From Nitrospinales bacterium (GTDB lineage: Bacteria > Nitrospinota > Nitrospinia > Nitrospinales > JAJDAT01), in NCBI GenBank assembly GCA_046757665.1, contig JBHHYO010000003.1, positions 18,049 through 82,048 of the forward strand: a stretch of 64,000 nt of DNA. The letters are read 5' to 3'. Made by a program: the position numbers and the translations under genes. Below, piece by piece: positions 19,205 through 29,792 of the stretch; the stretch's first letter is position 1; each line of letters begins with the position of its first letter. The notes beneath the pieces were generated by a model that saw only the letters and a list, made by a program, of their open reading frames with translations, did not search any database and was not told where the DNA came from.

Positions 19205-19354
19205 GAGTGAAGGCGTCAGAAACAATGACGATAGCAGGTGTGACCTTCCTCCAATCCATGAACACCTACCCCCATTGCCCTTCCAAGCCGCCGGATTTGC
19301 GGGCGTTGTTTCACCGCATACCTGCTCTGTGCGCTATATGTAAGGGATAAAAAA

Positions 19355-19632
19355 CAGGAGACGGGAGGCTGGAGACGGTCAATGGTCACGCTTCGACGGG
19401 CTCAGCGTGACGGGGAGTCGGAAAAAACGGAGATCGGAGACCGGGGAAAAACGGGAACCGCAAAGGCGCCAAGGGCGCAAAGAAAAAATCCCCCCAGCCC
19501 CCTTCCAGAAGGAGGAGTAAATTTCAAATGGGATTTTTCTGTGTCCATCTGTGCGCCCTTTTGTAAGTCAGGGACAGGTATCGTGGTTAGATTTTTTGCT
19601 TTTCTCCGTGCTCTCGGTGGCTCCGTGGTGAT
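19355..19632. repeat. Cluster of several short REP-like motifs
   Basis: gtcacgcttcgacgggctcagcgtgac (19385-19411); accgcaaaggcgccaagggcgcaaag (related to the reverse complement of 10626-10655); ctccgtgctctcggtggctccgtggtg. Confidence 0.65.
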
Positions 19633-19985
19633 TTCGGTATGGTAAATTTTAATCTTCAAACGGCGGCCTTCGACATGCCAAAACCAGTTCTTATAAATCG
19701 TTTTAAATCATTGGGATGCGCCGCAAAATGCGATCCGGTTTTTGGGCGATTTTCCGCGAAATTCGCTGATTTTTTACCTGACCGGAAACCCGGTAAACAG
19801 CTTGCGGTGCAAGGGGTTGCCGGGTTTATGACCTGACATTTCGACTATTTCGTTCCTCGTTTTTCAAAAATTTTTTTTCCGCAAAATCGGCCCCGGTCAG
19901 GTGCAACCGACAGCACAAGCTTTCGTAAGGGGACGGCGAGGGCGGGATCGGTCAGGTAGTCGAATTTCCCAAGCCGGCCCCGGCT

Positions 19986-20900
19986 CTAATCGTGGGTTTG
20001 TAATTCGGCCAGCGTGTCGGCGAGGACGGTGAACACCGCGGACAGGCTTTCGGAGGAGCATTTGTCCAGGGTGTCGGCCTGGGTGTGCCAGTGGGGATAG
20101 TCGAAGTCGATCAGCAGGACCGACGGGATACCGCGCGCGATGAATGGATAGTGATCGTCCAGGATGCTGTATTTGGCTTTTGACTTGAACTGGCGGAAGT
20201 TGTTCTTCTGGCGGGCGACGCGGTCGATGATGTCTATCAGCCAGGGAGCGCTTTTTACGGAATGGCTCTCCCGGTAAATTTGCAGGTCCTTGTCGCCTAT
20301 CATGTCGATCACCACCACGGCGCGGGGCCATTGGGTTTTGTCCCCTTTTCGCAGTTGGCGGGCATAGTGCATGGAGCCCAGGAGGTACTCGGACGATCCC
20401 TTGGCGCCATAATCCTCGCCGTCGAAAAAGACCAGGTGGACGGGGTTTTTCGGTTTGTGGTCATGAAGCAGTTGGGCAAGCGCCAGCAGGACGGCGGTTC
20501 CGGAGCCGCCGTCGTTGACGCCGGGGATGGGCCTTGTCCGCAGGGTGGGGTCGGGCTCTTCGTCGGCGAAGGGCCGGGTGTCGTAATGGGCGCCGATGAG
20601 GATGGGCGCTCCGCTGTCGCCGTTAAAGCGCATTTCAATATTCGCCAGCGGCACCGGCGCCTGGCCGCGCACCCGATGGGTGAAGGGTTGCGGTACAACG
20701 GCGTCGGCGAATCGCCTGCCGGTTTGCAGGATGTATTCTTTGAGCATTTGGTGACCCGGACTGCCTGGGTTGCGCGGCCCCATGCCGGCAATGGTTTGCA
20801 GGTAGCGCCAGGGAACGTCCCGATACTTTGCCAGGTCCGCCGGTTCGGCGGCGGCGGGCGCAAACAAACCCCGCGACAGCAACAGGAGAACCACCGGCAA
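19986..20900 (-). CDS. M28-family peptidase / glutaminyl cyclase-like exported protein (start uncertain)
   Basis: GAHYDTRP, GVNDGGSG, FFDGEDYG, DMIGD, DDHYPF, HWHT; signal-like LLPVVLLLLSRGLFAPAAA. Confidence 0.85.
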   Translation of the reverse strand: MPVVLLLLSRGLFAPAAAEPADLAKYRDVPWRYLQTIAGMGPRNPGSPGHQMLKEYILQTGRRFADAVVPQPFTHRVRGQAPVPLANIEMRFNGDSGAPILIGAHYDTRPFADEEPDPTLRTRPIPGVNDGGSGTAVLLALAQLLHDHKPKNPVHLVFFDGEDYGAKGSSEYLLGSMHYARQLRKGDKTQWPRAVVVIDMIGDKDLQIYRESHSVKSAPWLIDIIDRVARQKNNFRQFKSKAKYSILDDHYPFIARGIPSVLLIDFDYPHWHTQADTLDKCSSESLSAVFTVLADTLAELQTHD

Positions 20901-20951
20901 CAGGACACGGGATGTGATAAACCGCCTCCCGCCCTCTCTGGCAGATGGTCT

Positions 20952-20978
20952 GCCACCCTTCGACAAGCTCAGGGTGAC
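20952..20978. repeat. REP-like hairpin family 2
   Basis: cacccttcgacaagctcagggtgac; relatives at 19385, 34619, 57892 and 57927. Confidence 0.75.
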
Positions 20979-21015
20979 AACCCTGTTCCCTTCACAGGAC
21001 TTTTTCAACTCTCTG

Positions 21016-21444
21016 TCAGGGCCGGATTTTAACGGCGGGAGACCAGGTGGAACGGACATGAAAATAATCCTGAAGAATTTGAGCATGGTCGAAGACGAGC
21101 GGCCGCGGCAGGGTGTCTTTCGAGAACACGCCGACGGCTTTGGCGTCGGACGCGGCCCGCGGACTGCCGGAAGCGCCGGCGATGAATACGGTGGATATGT
21201 TGTGCCGGCGCGGGTCACGCGCCGGGTCGGAATAGCTGTGAAACTGGCCGATCAGCTGTACGTCCAGGGAGGTTTCCTCCCGGGCTTCGCGGACGGCCGC
21301 CGCCTCCAGGGACTCGCCGTAATCGACATATCCGCCCGGCAAGGCCCAGCCGTGGGGCGGGTTACGACGCTCGATCAAGACGATCCCCCCGCCCGGCAAT
21401 TCTATGATAACGTCCACGGTGGGGACAGGGTTTTTGTAGGCCAT
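21016..21444 (-). CDS. Nudix hydrolase
   Basis: Nudix box [24 protein letters not shown]. Confidence 0.92.
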   Translation of the reverse strand: MAYKNPVPTVDVIIELPGGGIVLIERRNPPHGWALPGGYVDYGESLEAAAVREAREETSLDVQLIGQFHSYSDPARDPRRHNISTVFIAGASGSPRAASDAKAVGVFSKDTLPRPLVFDHAQILQDYFHVRSTWSPAVKIRP

Positions 21445-21599
21445 GATTCGATGCTTGTCGGAACCTGTTGGAACACCCGCGCTCCCTGGCAAAAGGCCGC
21501 CCCCAGCCGCCGCGAATGCGTTGACAACTTTTATTTTACTGGTATTTTGGCGAATAGCAAAGGGTTAAAGATCGGGCCTCAATCCGGCGCAAAAAAAGC

Positions 21600-21626
21600 T
21601 TAAGTTCCTGTGCGAGATTCCGATAA
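21600..21626 (+). promoter_or_regulatory. sigma28 (FliA) promoter of flgM
   Basis: TTAAGTTC-N11-TCCGATAA versus consensus TAAAGTTT-N11-GCCGATAA. Confidence 0.75.
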
Positions 21627-21799
21627 GAAGCTGTGGAAAGGCTCTTCGTTACACGCCGGAGCGCTAAAAAAAGTTGCACACAAGCGGCAATTGTTTTAAA
21701 ATTCAATAAAATCAGTCGGTTATGACCGGATGATTTTGAAACCATCGCAAGAAGGGCCAGCGACGCTATTTCACCATAAAGAAAGGTCTAGTGGGCGGC

Positions 21800-22129
21800 A
21801 TGGAAATTCCAGGCAACGAACTTAGCAGAAAAGTCGGTCAGCAAAAAGTCGTGGGAAAGCCATCGGTCAAAAAAGACGGCGGCGCGCCGGCGGCGGCAGA
21901 CTCCAAGCCCGTCTCGGGACAACCTGTTGCCGAGCAGGTCAGCGTGTCTTCCAAGGCCAGGGACATTCAACGGGCGCACGAGGTCATAAAATCTTCCCCC
22001 GACATCCGCACTGAAAAGGTTAACCGGATCAAGCAAGCCATCGCCGACGGCACGTTCAAAGTGGACAGTGAGAAGCTGGCGGGCAAGATTTTAGAGGATA
22101 TTATCACGCAGAGCGCCTTCCTCAAGTAA
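21800..22129 (+). CDS. flgM: Anti-sigma28 factor FlgM
   Basis: QVSVSSKA...PDIRTEKVNRIKQAIADGTFKVDSEKLAGKIL. Confidence 0.9.
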   Translation: MEIPGNELSRKVGQQKVVGKPSVKKDGGAPAAADSKPVSGQPVAEQVSVSSKARDIQRAHEVIKSSPDIRTEKVNRIKQAIADGTFKVDSEKLAGKILEDIITQSAFLK

Positions 22130-22275
22130 CTCCCGCGGACGCCGGAAACGGACGCCAGTCCCTGCGCGTGCGATTTTTTTCCAGCGGGCATTTCCTCCGT
22201 ATTTCCGTATTTTTCAGATGACAAACGAAAGGCGCGCCGCCTGCTTTTCGGCAAGGCAACGGTGGCGGGGCAGTC

Positions 22276-22521
22276 TTACGGCTTGTTGGAAAGGGAAATG
22301 ACTTCCGGGGGGGCGTCTGAAGGCAAATTGCGGATGAATTGCTTGAGTTTGCTGACCAGCAGATTGACATCCATGCCGTGCATCAGGGCGCCGTTTTCGA
22401 GGGTATCGAAGTTCACCGCAAAACATCCTGAACAACTCATGTTCAGGTCATTAAAGAATTTCAGGGTTTCGGGGTATTTGTGAAGGATGTCGTTGATTGT
22501 CGTGTCGCTTCGGATAACCAT
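22276..22521 (-). CDS. DUF1858 (hybrid-cluster-associated redox disulfide) domain protein
   Basis: TTINDILHKYPET, CSGC, DTLENGALMHGMD. Confidence 0.85.
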   Translation of the reverse strand: MVIRSDTTINDILHKYPETLKFFNDLNMSCSGCFAVNFDTLENGALMHGMDVNLLVSKLKQFIRNLPSDAPPEVISLSNKP

Positions 22522-22530
22522 GATTCAAAT

Positions 22531-22559
22531 TTGACTTATAAAATTATTACCGTTATATT
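22531..22559 (+). promoter_or_regulatory. sigma70 promoter of rpmB
   Basis: TTGACT-17-TATATT. Confidence 0.7.
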
Positions 22560-22605
22560 AGCATCCATTCTCGATCAACACAACGCTTAAGTACAGGAGC
22601 AATTG

Positions 22606-22797
22606 ATGTCCAGGAAATGTGACATTTGTGGAAAGGGCCCGATGTTCGGCCACAACGTAAGCCATGCCAACAACAAGACCAACCGGCGGTTCAACCCGAA
22701 CCTGAAGAAGTTGCGCGTGGTGCTCAAGGGTTCGATCAAGACCAAGAAAGTGTGCACCCGTTGCCTGAAGGCGGGCAAAGTCAAAAAAGCCGTATAA
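22606..22797 (+). CDS. rpmB: 50S ribosomal protein L28 (Cys-containing form)
   Basis: [36 protein letters not shown]. Confidence 0.97.
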   Translation: MSRKCDICGKGPMFGHNVSHANNKTNRRFNPNLKKLRVVLKGSIKTKKVCTRCLKAGKVKKAV

Positions 22798-22799
22798 TC

Positions 22800-25073
22800 T
22801 CAGCCGGCCGCCAATTTCCCGCCGCCCGCGGGATTCAAATCCGCAGACAGTTTTTTTGGGTTCATCTTGGGGGAGACCTTTTTGCGGAATTTTTTCACCC
22901 GCTCGACGTGGATCACCCCTTGCGTTTTGGCGACTTCCTGCAGAGTCCGGTTAAGATGTTCCAGGTCGCAAACCTCGATGGAAAAATCGAAATAGGCTCT
23001 TTTGTAAGCGCCCTGTGTAATGGCGGCGCGGGTGATGTTGATATCGCTATTGGCCAGCACACCGCTGATTTCTGCCAGCAGACCGGGTTTGTCTTCTGAA
23101 ACGATGGAGATACGCATGGGGTAGCAGGTTTTCCGGGCGGAATCCCATTCCACCTCTATCAGTCTTTCCGACTCCCCGGCAAGCTTGCCTATGCTGAGGC
23201 AATCGACGGTATGGACTGAAATCCCGCGGCCCCGGGTGATGTAACCCAAGATCTTGTCTCCCGGCACCGGCGAGCAACATTTCCCCATTCGCAACAGCAG
23301 GTCGTCGTTGTTGAAGTTTTTGACCTTGATCCCGATATCGCGGCGCTGTTGAGACGCCGTTCTCACTGCGGGTTTCAGATGCGGGGCGTCGCCTGCCTTC
23401 TGGCTTGCCAGCTTCTCCTTGGGGATAAGTTTTTCGGCAAAATGCCGGGCGGAGATTTTTCCGAACCCGATGGCCGCCAGCAAGCTGTCGAACGAGTTGA
23501 ATCCACACGCTTGGATAGCGGCTTCCAAAGGTTTTCCCTTGAGCAGGGAAGCGGGATTGAGGTCGCACCTGGAAATTTCTTTTTCCAGCAATGTCTTGCC
23601 CAGCTCCAGGTTGCGTGCCTTTTCACGGCTGTTTAAAAAACTCAGGATTTTACTGCGCGCCCTGGAAGTTTTGACCAGGGCCAGCCAATCGCGGCTGGGC
23701 GTTTTTTGCTTGGAGGTGAGAATTTCGACGCGGTCGCCATTGCGGAGCTTGTATCTCAAGGGAACGATTTTGCCGTTCACCTTGGCGCCGAGGCAATGGT
23801 GTCCGATATCCGTATGCACGAAATAAGCGAAGTCCACCGGGGAGGCTCCGTCGGGCAGGGCGACCACCTCTCCCATGGGAGTGAAAACGTACACTTCATG
23901 GGGATATAAATTTACCTTGAAGGCGTCGAGGAATTCTTTCGGGTTTTTGAGTTCTTCATGGCCTTCCAGCAAGCGGCGCACCCAGACCAGTTGCTGTTCC
24001 ATTTTTTTTGGCTGGCCACCGCCGCCTTCCTTGTATTGCCAATGGGCGGCGATGCCTTCCTCGCAAACCTTGTGCATTTCTTCAGTGCGGATTTGCACCT
24101 CCACCCGTTGCCCGTCCGGCCCCATGACCGTCGTGTGAAGCGAGCGGTACATATTGGGTTTGGGCATGGCGACGTAATCCTTGAATTTGCCGGGGATCGG
24201 TTTCCACAGAGAATGGATCAGGCCTAATATGGCGTAACAGTTTTTTACCGTATCCGTCAGCACACGCACACCGACCAGGTCGTACACGTCGTTGAAGTCA
24301 ATGCCCTGGTCCTGCATTTTTTTGTAAATGCTGTAAAAATGCTTCGGCCTGCCCACAACGGTTCCATGGATGTTGGCCGCTTTCAGTTCCTTGGAGACAA
24401 GGTCGCAAATGCCTTGCACGTATTTTTCGCGGGCTCCCTTGGCCTGGGCGATTTTTTGCCGAATCATCCGGTCTTCTTCGGGATAAATATACCGGAACGC
24501 ATCGTTTTCCAGTTCGGCTTTCAACCAGCCGATACCCAGTCGATTGGCCAGGGGCGCGTAAATTTCCAGGGTTTCCTTGGCGATTCTTTGTTGCGCTTCC
24601 CGGGACATGGAATCGAGTGTTTTCATATTGTGAGCACGGTCCGCCAGCTTGATCAAAACAACGCGGATGTCGCGGGCCATGGCAAGGATCATTTTGCGAA
24701 AATTTTCCGACTGTTTTTCCTCGCGGGTGGCGACTTCCATTCGTCCGGAAAATTCCATTTTGCTGATTTTGGTGACACCGTCCACCAGTTGAAACACCTC
24801 TTCGCCGAATAGTTCCTTGATTTCTTCCGGCGTTGCCGTCGTATCTTCCACGGTATCGTGCAAGAGGCCGACGGCTACCGTGATTTCGTCCAGTTTTAAT
24901 TTGGTAAGATTGAAGGCGACCGCCAAGGGGTGGGAAAGATAGGCGGCTCCGGATTGCCGGCTCTGCCCTCTGTGGGCCTTCGCGGAAAACACATAGGCTT
25001 CCAGGATGATATCCAGGTCCGCCTCTGGATGGTAACTGAGAACCGCGTTGGTGATGTCATCCAGTTTCAACAT
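22800..25073 (-). CDS. relA: Bifunctional (p)ppGpp synthetase/hydrolase
   Basis: LLHDTVED, KLADRAHN, RPKHFYSIYKK, SLHTTV, EVQIRT; TGS and ACT domains. Confidence 0.95.
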   Translation of the reverse strand: MLKLDDITNAVLSYHPEADLDIILEAYVFSAKAHRGQSRQSGAAYLSHPLAVAFNLTKLKLDEITVAVGLLHDTVEDTTATPEEIKELFGEEVFQLVDGVTKISKMEFSGRMEVATREEKQSENFRKMILAMARDIRVVLIKLADRAHNMKTLDSMSREAQQRIAKETLEIYAPLANRLGIGWLKAELENDAFRYIYPEEDRMIRQKIAQAKGAREKYVQGICDLVSKELKAANIHGTVVGRPKHFYSIYKKMQDQGIDFNDVYDLVGVRVLTDTVKNCYAILGLIHSLWKPIPGKFKDYVAMPKPNMYRSLHTTVMGPDGQRVEVQIRTEEMHKVCEEGIAAHWQYKEGGGGQPKKMEQQLVWVRRLLEGHEELKNPKEFLDAFKVNLYPHEVYVFTPMGEVVALPDGASPVDFAYFVHTDIGHHCLGAKVNGKIVPLRYKLRNGDRVEILTSKQKTPSRDWLALVKTSRARSKILSFLNSREKARNLELGKTLLEKEISRCDLNPASLLKGKPLEAAIQACGFNSFDSLLAAIGFGKISARHFAEKLIPKEKLASQKAGDAPHLKPAVRTASQQRRDIGIKVKNFNNDDLLLRMGKCCSPVPGDKILGYITRGRGISVHTVDCLSIGKLAGESERLIEVEWDSARKTCYPMRISIVSEDKPGLLAEISGVLANSDINITRAAITQGAYKRAYFDFSIEVCDLEHLNRTLQEVAKTQGVIHVERVKKFRKKVSPKMNPKKLSADLNPAGGGKLAAG

Positions 25074-25336
25074 ATGTTATGCCCATTGTGGCGAAATTTT
25101 CCGTATCGGTTTTCCGGTCTGCAAAAAAACCTGCAGGCACGCCGAATGGCCGGAATAAACGCATTTTTTTCAATGAGTTCCCCATAAACATAAATACTCC
25201 GGAACTTTGTAGTTGTCAACTTTCTTTTTTTCCGGTAAATGTTTGACGGCAAACGCCTCTGCCGCCGAACGAGCTTTTTCCGACCCGCGGGTTTGCAACC
25301 GGTCGGCGGCACAACTGGAGAAATAATTCAATAAAC

Positions 25337-27466
25337 ATGAAAGTGCGCTCAAAACATATCAGCCCGCGTTCCCTGGACGACCCGATCCGATTCATCAAGG
25401 GCGTCGGGCCCAAAAGGGCCACTTTACTTCAAAAACGCAATCTTTTTACGGTCCGCGACTGCCTGTATTTTCTCCCTTACCGCTACGAGGACCGAAGCCA
25501 CATGCAAAAAATTTCCCAACTGGTTGCCGGAGAGCAGGCGACCTTCACGGGAACCGTCGTCAATGCAGGTTCCTTTTCCGCCGGGAGTAGAAGAAAAATT
25601 TTTGAGATGATCATTCAAGACGATTCGGGCGTTATCCGCGCCAAGTGGTTTCGCTTTAACGAACCCTACCTGCGTGAAAAATTCAAACCCCGATCGACGG
25701 TCATTGTTTCCGGCAAACCCGGCATCAACCGCTATGGCGGTTCCGGCCTGGAAATCATCCATCCCAATATCGAAATCTTTTCCTCCGGCGACGATCCGAG
25801 CCTGGAAATGGGCAGGATCGTTCCGGTTTATCACAGCACGGAAGGTTTGCACGCGAAAAGCCTGCGGACTATTTTTAAATATGTGATCGATCATTATTGC
25901 GATCTGATCGAAGAGATTCTTCCCGACGACATTCTTCGACGCAACCGGATGATGCCGCGGCAAAAGGCTGTTGCAGAGGCTCATCTGCCGCCCAACGGCA
26001 CGTCCTTGACCCGTCTGCAAAATTTCACTTCGCCCGCCCAGCAACGCATTATCTTCGACGAACTGTTCCTGATCCAGTTGGGTCTGGCCTTCAAAAGGAA
26101 ACACCGGACCAAACAGACACGCGGGCACAGCTTCAAAACCCGCGGCCCGACCATCAAAAAATTTGTCAAACGGTTGCGGTTCGAGCTGACCCGGGCGCAG
26201 AAAAAGGTTCTCAACCAGATCATGAACGATCTGGAGAAGGACACACCCATGAACCGGCTTCTGCAGGGAGACGTGGGTAGCGGCAAGACCATCGTTGCCC
26301 TGATCACCCTGCTGACCGGCGTGGACAACGGTTATCAAGGCGCCTTGATGGCCCCGACGGAGCTTTTGGCCGAACAGCACTTCTTGAATTTGCAAGCCGA
26401 TTGCCAGGCCCTGGGCGTCGGCATCGAGTTGATAACTTCCGGCATCAAGGGAAAAACTCAAATTCTAAACGATATTCACGCCGGGAAAACCGCGATTATC
26501 GTGGGCACCCATGCGCTGATTCAGAAACAGGTCCGGTTCCACAATCTGGGCGTGGCAGTCATCGACGAACAGCACCGGTTCGGCGTATTGCAACGCGAGG
26601 CGCTGGCCAGGAAAGGGTTGCACCCGCATACGCTCGTCATGACCGCCACCCCCATTCCCCGGTCGCTGGCCCTCACGCTGTACGGAGACCTGGATGTTTC
26701 CATCATCGACGAATTGCCGCCGGGCCGGATGCCCATTGATACGAAACTCAGTTTCGGAAACAAACGCCACGAGGTTTACGAATCCGTTCGCCGGGGAATT
26801 TACGAAGGCCGGCAAGCCTACGTCGTCTGTCCCTTGATCGAGGAAACCGAAACCCTCGATCTGCAAACGGCGGTGGAGGTGCGGGAAGATTTAGCCTCCC
26901 TGTTTCCCGGCTTGACGGTCGGCCTGATCCACGGCAAGATCAAACCCGACGAGCGTAGCCGTATCATGTCCCGGTTCAAGGCCGGCGACATACATATTCT
27001 GGTTTCCACCACCGTCATCGAAGTCGGCATCGACGTTCCCAACGCCACGGTAATGATTATTGAACACGCCGAGCGTTTCGGCTTGTCCCAGCTTCATCAG
27101 CTTCGTGGCCGGGTGGGCCGGGGCGGCCATTCGTCCCAATGCCTGCTGATCGCCTATTATCCGCTGACCGACGAAGCCAAGGCTCGCCTTCAAGCAATGC
27201 TGAAGACCGGCGACGGCTTTCGGATAGCGGAGGAGGATATGAATATCCGGGGGCCTGGCGATTTCATGGGCACCCGCCAGTCGGGCCTGCCTGAGTTGCA
27301 GGTTGCCGACCTCGTCCGCGATATTCGCATCCTGGAAGTAGCCCGCAAGGAGGCTTTTGCTCTTATAGAACGCGACCCCAACTTGCAAGACCACGGCAAC
27401 CACAAGCTCAAGGACGATTTCCGCCGGTTCATGGGCAACCGGCTGGACCTGATGGACATCATTTGA
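25337..27466 (+). CDS. recG: ATP-dependent DNA helicase RecG
   Basis: QGDVGSGKT, DEQHRFG, MTATPIPR, QLHQLRGRVGR. Confidence 0.97.
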   Translation: MKVRSKHISPRSLDDPIRFIKGVGPKRATLLQKRNLFTVRDCLYFLPYRYEDRSHMQKISQLVAGEQATFTGTVVNAGSFSAGSRRKIFEMIIQDDSGVIRAKWFRFNEPYLREKFKPRSTVIVSGKPGINRYGGSGLEIIHPNIEIFSSGDDPSLEMGRIVPVYHSTEGLHAKSLRTIFKYVIDHYCDLIEEILPDDILRRNRMMPRQKAVAEAHLPPNGTSLTRLQNFTSPAQQRIIFDELFLIQLGLAFKRKHRTKQTRGHSFKTRGPTIKKFVKRLRFELTRAQKKVLNQIMNDLEKDTPMNRLLQGDVGSGKTIVALITLLTGVDNGYQGALMAPTELLAEQHFLNLQADCQALGVGIELITSGIKGKTQILNDIHAGKTAIIVGTHALIQKQVRFHNLGVAVIDEQHRFGVLQREALARKGLHPHTLVMTATPIPRSLALTLYGDLDVSIIDELPPGRMPIDTKLSFGNKRHEVYESVRRGIYEGRQAYVVCPLIEETETLDLQTAVEVREDLASLFPGLTVGLIHGKIKPDERSRIMSRFKAGDIHILVSTTVIEVGIDVPNATVMIIEHAERFGLSQLHQLRGRVGRGGHSSQCLLIAYYPLTDEAKARLQAMLKTGDGFRIAEEDMNIRGPGDFMGTRQSGLPELQVADLVRDIRILEVARKEAFALIERDPNLQDHGNHKLKDDFRRFMGNRLDLMDII

Positions 27467-27536
27467 GCGCGAAAAAAAATTCCTGCTACGGATTTATGAG
27501 ATAATCGGGTAGAAGAAAAACGGGAGCTGTTTCATC

Positions 27537-28319
27537 ATGAAAATCATCGTCTGCGTCAAACAGGTTTTAGATACCGCCGCGAAAATCCGCATTGCGGACG
27601 GCGTGGTGGAGGCTGAAGAAATCCCGCGCATCCTCAACCCCTACGACGAGTATGCCGTCGAGGAGGCCGTCCGCATCAAGGAAAAAATGCCGGACACCGA
27701 GGTTACGTTGCTCACGGTCGGGCCGGAAGGTTTCCGCAAGGTTTTGCAGACCGGCCTGGCGATGGGCGCCGACCGCGCGGCGCACCTGCTGGACAAGGCT
27801 TTTGAGGGGTTGGACCATTATGGCGCCGCCCGCGTTTTGGCCGATGCCGTTCGCTCCATGCCTTTCGACCTGATCCTGTGCGGACGTCAGGCGGTGGATG
27901 ACGACATGGCGCAGGTGGGGCCTGCATTGGCGGTACTGCTTGGCATTCCCTTCGTATCCGTCGTCACCGACTTGTCCCTGACAGCGGACGGAAAACGGGC
28001 CGTCGTCACCCGGCAGATTGAGGGCGGGTCGGAAACCCTGGACGCACCCTTGCCGCTCCTCTTGACCTGCCAAAAAGGCCTGAACGAACCTCGGCTTCCT
28101 TCTCTCAAAGGAATCATGGCCGCCAAGAAAAAAGAAATCCAGGCGCTGGATGCTCAGGCCATTGGGTTCGACCCCGCCACCCTGGGGCCAGGCAAGGCGA
28201 GGCAGGTCGATTTGTCCTTGCCCCCGCAAAGGAAAAAGGGCATTATCTTGGAAGGCCCCGCGGAGGAATCCGCCGCCAAGCTGGTAAAAATTCTGCGCGA
28301 GGACGTCAAAGTCGTTTGA
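27537..28319 (+). CDS. etfB: Electron transfer flavoprotein beta subunit
   Basis: MKIIVCVKQV, NPYDEYAVEEA, LAMGAD, GRQAVD, NEPRLPSLKGIM. Confidence 0.95.
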   Translation: MKIIVCVKQVLDTAAKIRIADGVVEAEEIPRILNPYDEYAVEEAVRIKEKMPDTEVTLLTVGPEGFRKVLQTGLAMGADRAAHLLDKAFEGLDHYGAARVLADAVRSMPFDLILCGRQAVDDDMAQVGPALAVLLGIPFVSVVTDLSLTADGKRAVVTRQIEGGSETLDAPLPLLLTCQKGLNEPRLPSLKGIMAAKKKEIQALDAQAIGFDPATLGPGKARQVDLSLPPQRKKGIILEGPAEESAAKLVKILREDVKVV

Positions 28320-28359
28320 TGAACCGCAAAATCAGCCCTCGAACAAACGCCATGGTCCC

Positions 28360-28524
28360 ATGATCACCCAATTAAAGGAAACCACCCGAAAATACAAAAG
28401 CGAGATCGGCCTCGCCGCGCTTGTCATTTATATTTTCTTGCTCGGCCTGGGCACCGTCGGCGAGCTTTGGGACATCGAATGGATTCTCGACCTGCCCATT
28501 TTCCGTCCCCCCGGCAAGTATTGA
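28360..28524 (+). CDS. 54-aa single-TM small protein (absent from ORF track)
   Basis: Manual translation MITQLKETTRKYKSEIGLAALVIYIFLLGLGTVGELWDIEWILDLPIFRPPGKY*. Confidence 0.6.
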   Translation: MITQLKETTRKYKSEIGLAALVIYIFLLGLGTVGELWDIEWILDLPIFRPPGKY

Positions 28525-28583
28525 CCCGACGGGCGGCCCCTGCCCTGTCCACCGGTTTGTTTAGCGGAAGGATGCGATGAGCT

Positions 28584-29792
28584 TCATACGACTCGAAATT
28601 CCGGGACGGGAACGATGAATTTGCCGCCGGCCTCGCGCCATTGGGTTTCGCGGACATAGAATTCATCGAAAAACGCCCACGGCAGTACCAGAAAATAATC
28701 CGGGCGCTCCCGCCGGGCCTGTTCCTCGGAGATGATGGGAATCATCGTTCCCACGGTGTACTTTCCCCATTTTTCCGGACTGCGTTCGGCGGCGGCCTTG
28801 ATCCAGGAGTGGTCGAGCCCGTAATACTGCAAGATCGTGTTGCCCTTGGTGGAAGCGCCATAGACGTAAACCGTTTTTCCGCGCCCGACTTCCCGCTTGA
28901 TGAAGTCCACGCACTTTTTTTTGTTTTCCTCGATGCGGCGGGAAAAGGCCTGGTAGTCGTCTTTCGTGTAGCGTTCGTCGAATGTGATTCCACCGCCCCG
29001 GTAATGCCGGCAGTAAATCCGGTAACTGCCGCCGTTGACATCGTTTTCTTCCAGCTTGAACATTTCCAGGCCATTGTGTTCAAAAAGGTAGCGCAGGGAT
29101 TCGAGAGAATAAAACTCCAGATGCTCATGGCAAATGTTGCCGACGTCATTTTTTTCCAGCATGGGGCGCAGGCACATCAACTGCGCCACGAACACGCCGT
29201 CATCGGCAAGCACCCGGGTTACGTCGGCCACAAACTGGTTGGGATTCTCCATGTCGTAGAACATGCCGATGGCGGTGACGACTTTCGCCTTGCCGAGCCC
29301 ATGGGCGCGGGCCAGGCTGTCGTACGCTTCGTAACTCCAGAAATCGTGAATGACGAAATCGGCGTTCTGCTTCAATTGGTCGATCAGGTTGTCGGCCGGT
29401 TCGCAACCCACCTTGCGGATGCCCTCCGCGGTAAAGGTTGTCAGCATGGTGCCGTCGTTGGCGCCGATGTCCAGCACCACGTCGCCCGGATTCAAGGGCG
29501 TCATCGCCTCGACGCTTGCCGTGATATCGCGCAGGGCGTTGCGCATGGTGTCCGTCACGCCGGACCGGTACCAGTAAAAACGCGAGTACATGAGTTCCAT
29601 CGGCGCGGTGTGCCGCAATTGCAACAAGGAGCAGTTTTCGCATAAAATCATATCCAGCGGCGCCTTGATGCCTTCATCCTTACTGCTCACAAAGGTAGAG
29701 ACGTACAGGTTGCCCAGCGTGAAGATTTCCTCCAGGCTTTCCGATCCGCACAGCCGGCAGGTAGTGCGGGTTATTATTTTTTTTTGATTCAT
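28584..29792 (-). CDS. NDP-hexose C-methyltransferase-like class I SAM methyltransferase
   Basis: CRLC..CENC Zn site, LDIGANDG, HEHLEFYS, YGASTKG, DYFLVLPW. Confidence 0.85.
   Translation of the reverse strand: MNQKKIITRTTCRLCGSESLEEIFTLGNLYVSTFVSSKDEGIKAPLDMILCENCSLLQLRHTAPMELMYSRFYWYRSGVTDTMRNALRDITASVEAMTPLNPGDVVLDIGANDGTMLTTFTAEGIRKVGCEPADNLIDQLKQNADFVIHDFWSYEAYDSLARAHGLGKAKVVTAIGMFYDMENPNQFVADVTRVLADDGVFVAQLMCLRPMLEKNDVGNICHEHLEFYSLESLRYLFEHNGLEMFKLEENDVNGGSYRIYCRHYRGGGITFDERYTKDDYQAFSRRIEENKKKCVDFIKREVGRGKTVYVYGASTKGNTILQYYGLDHSWIKAAAERSPEKWGKYTVGTMIPIISEEQARRERPDYFLVLPWAFFDEFYVRETQWREAGGKFIVPVPEFRVV

Noticed and set aside
19402..19659. Short ORFs in the yafQ downstream region
   Set aside because: They are translations of the short repeat motifs, with no protein-like features
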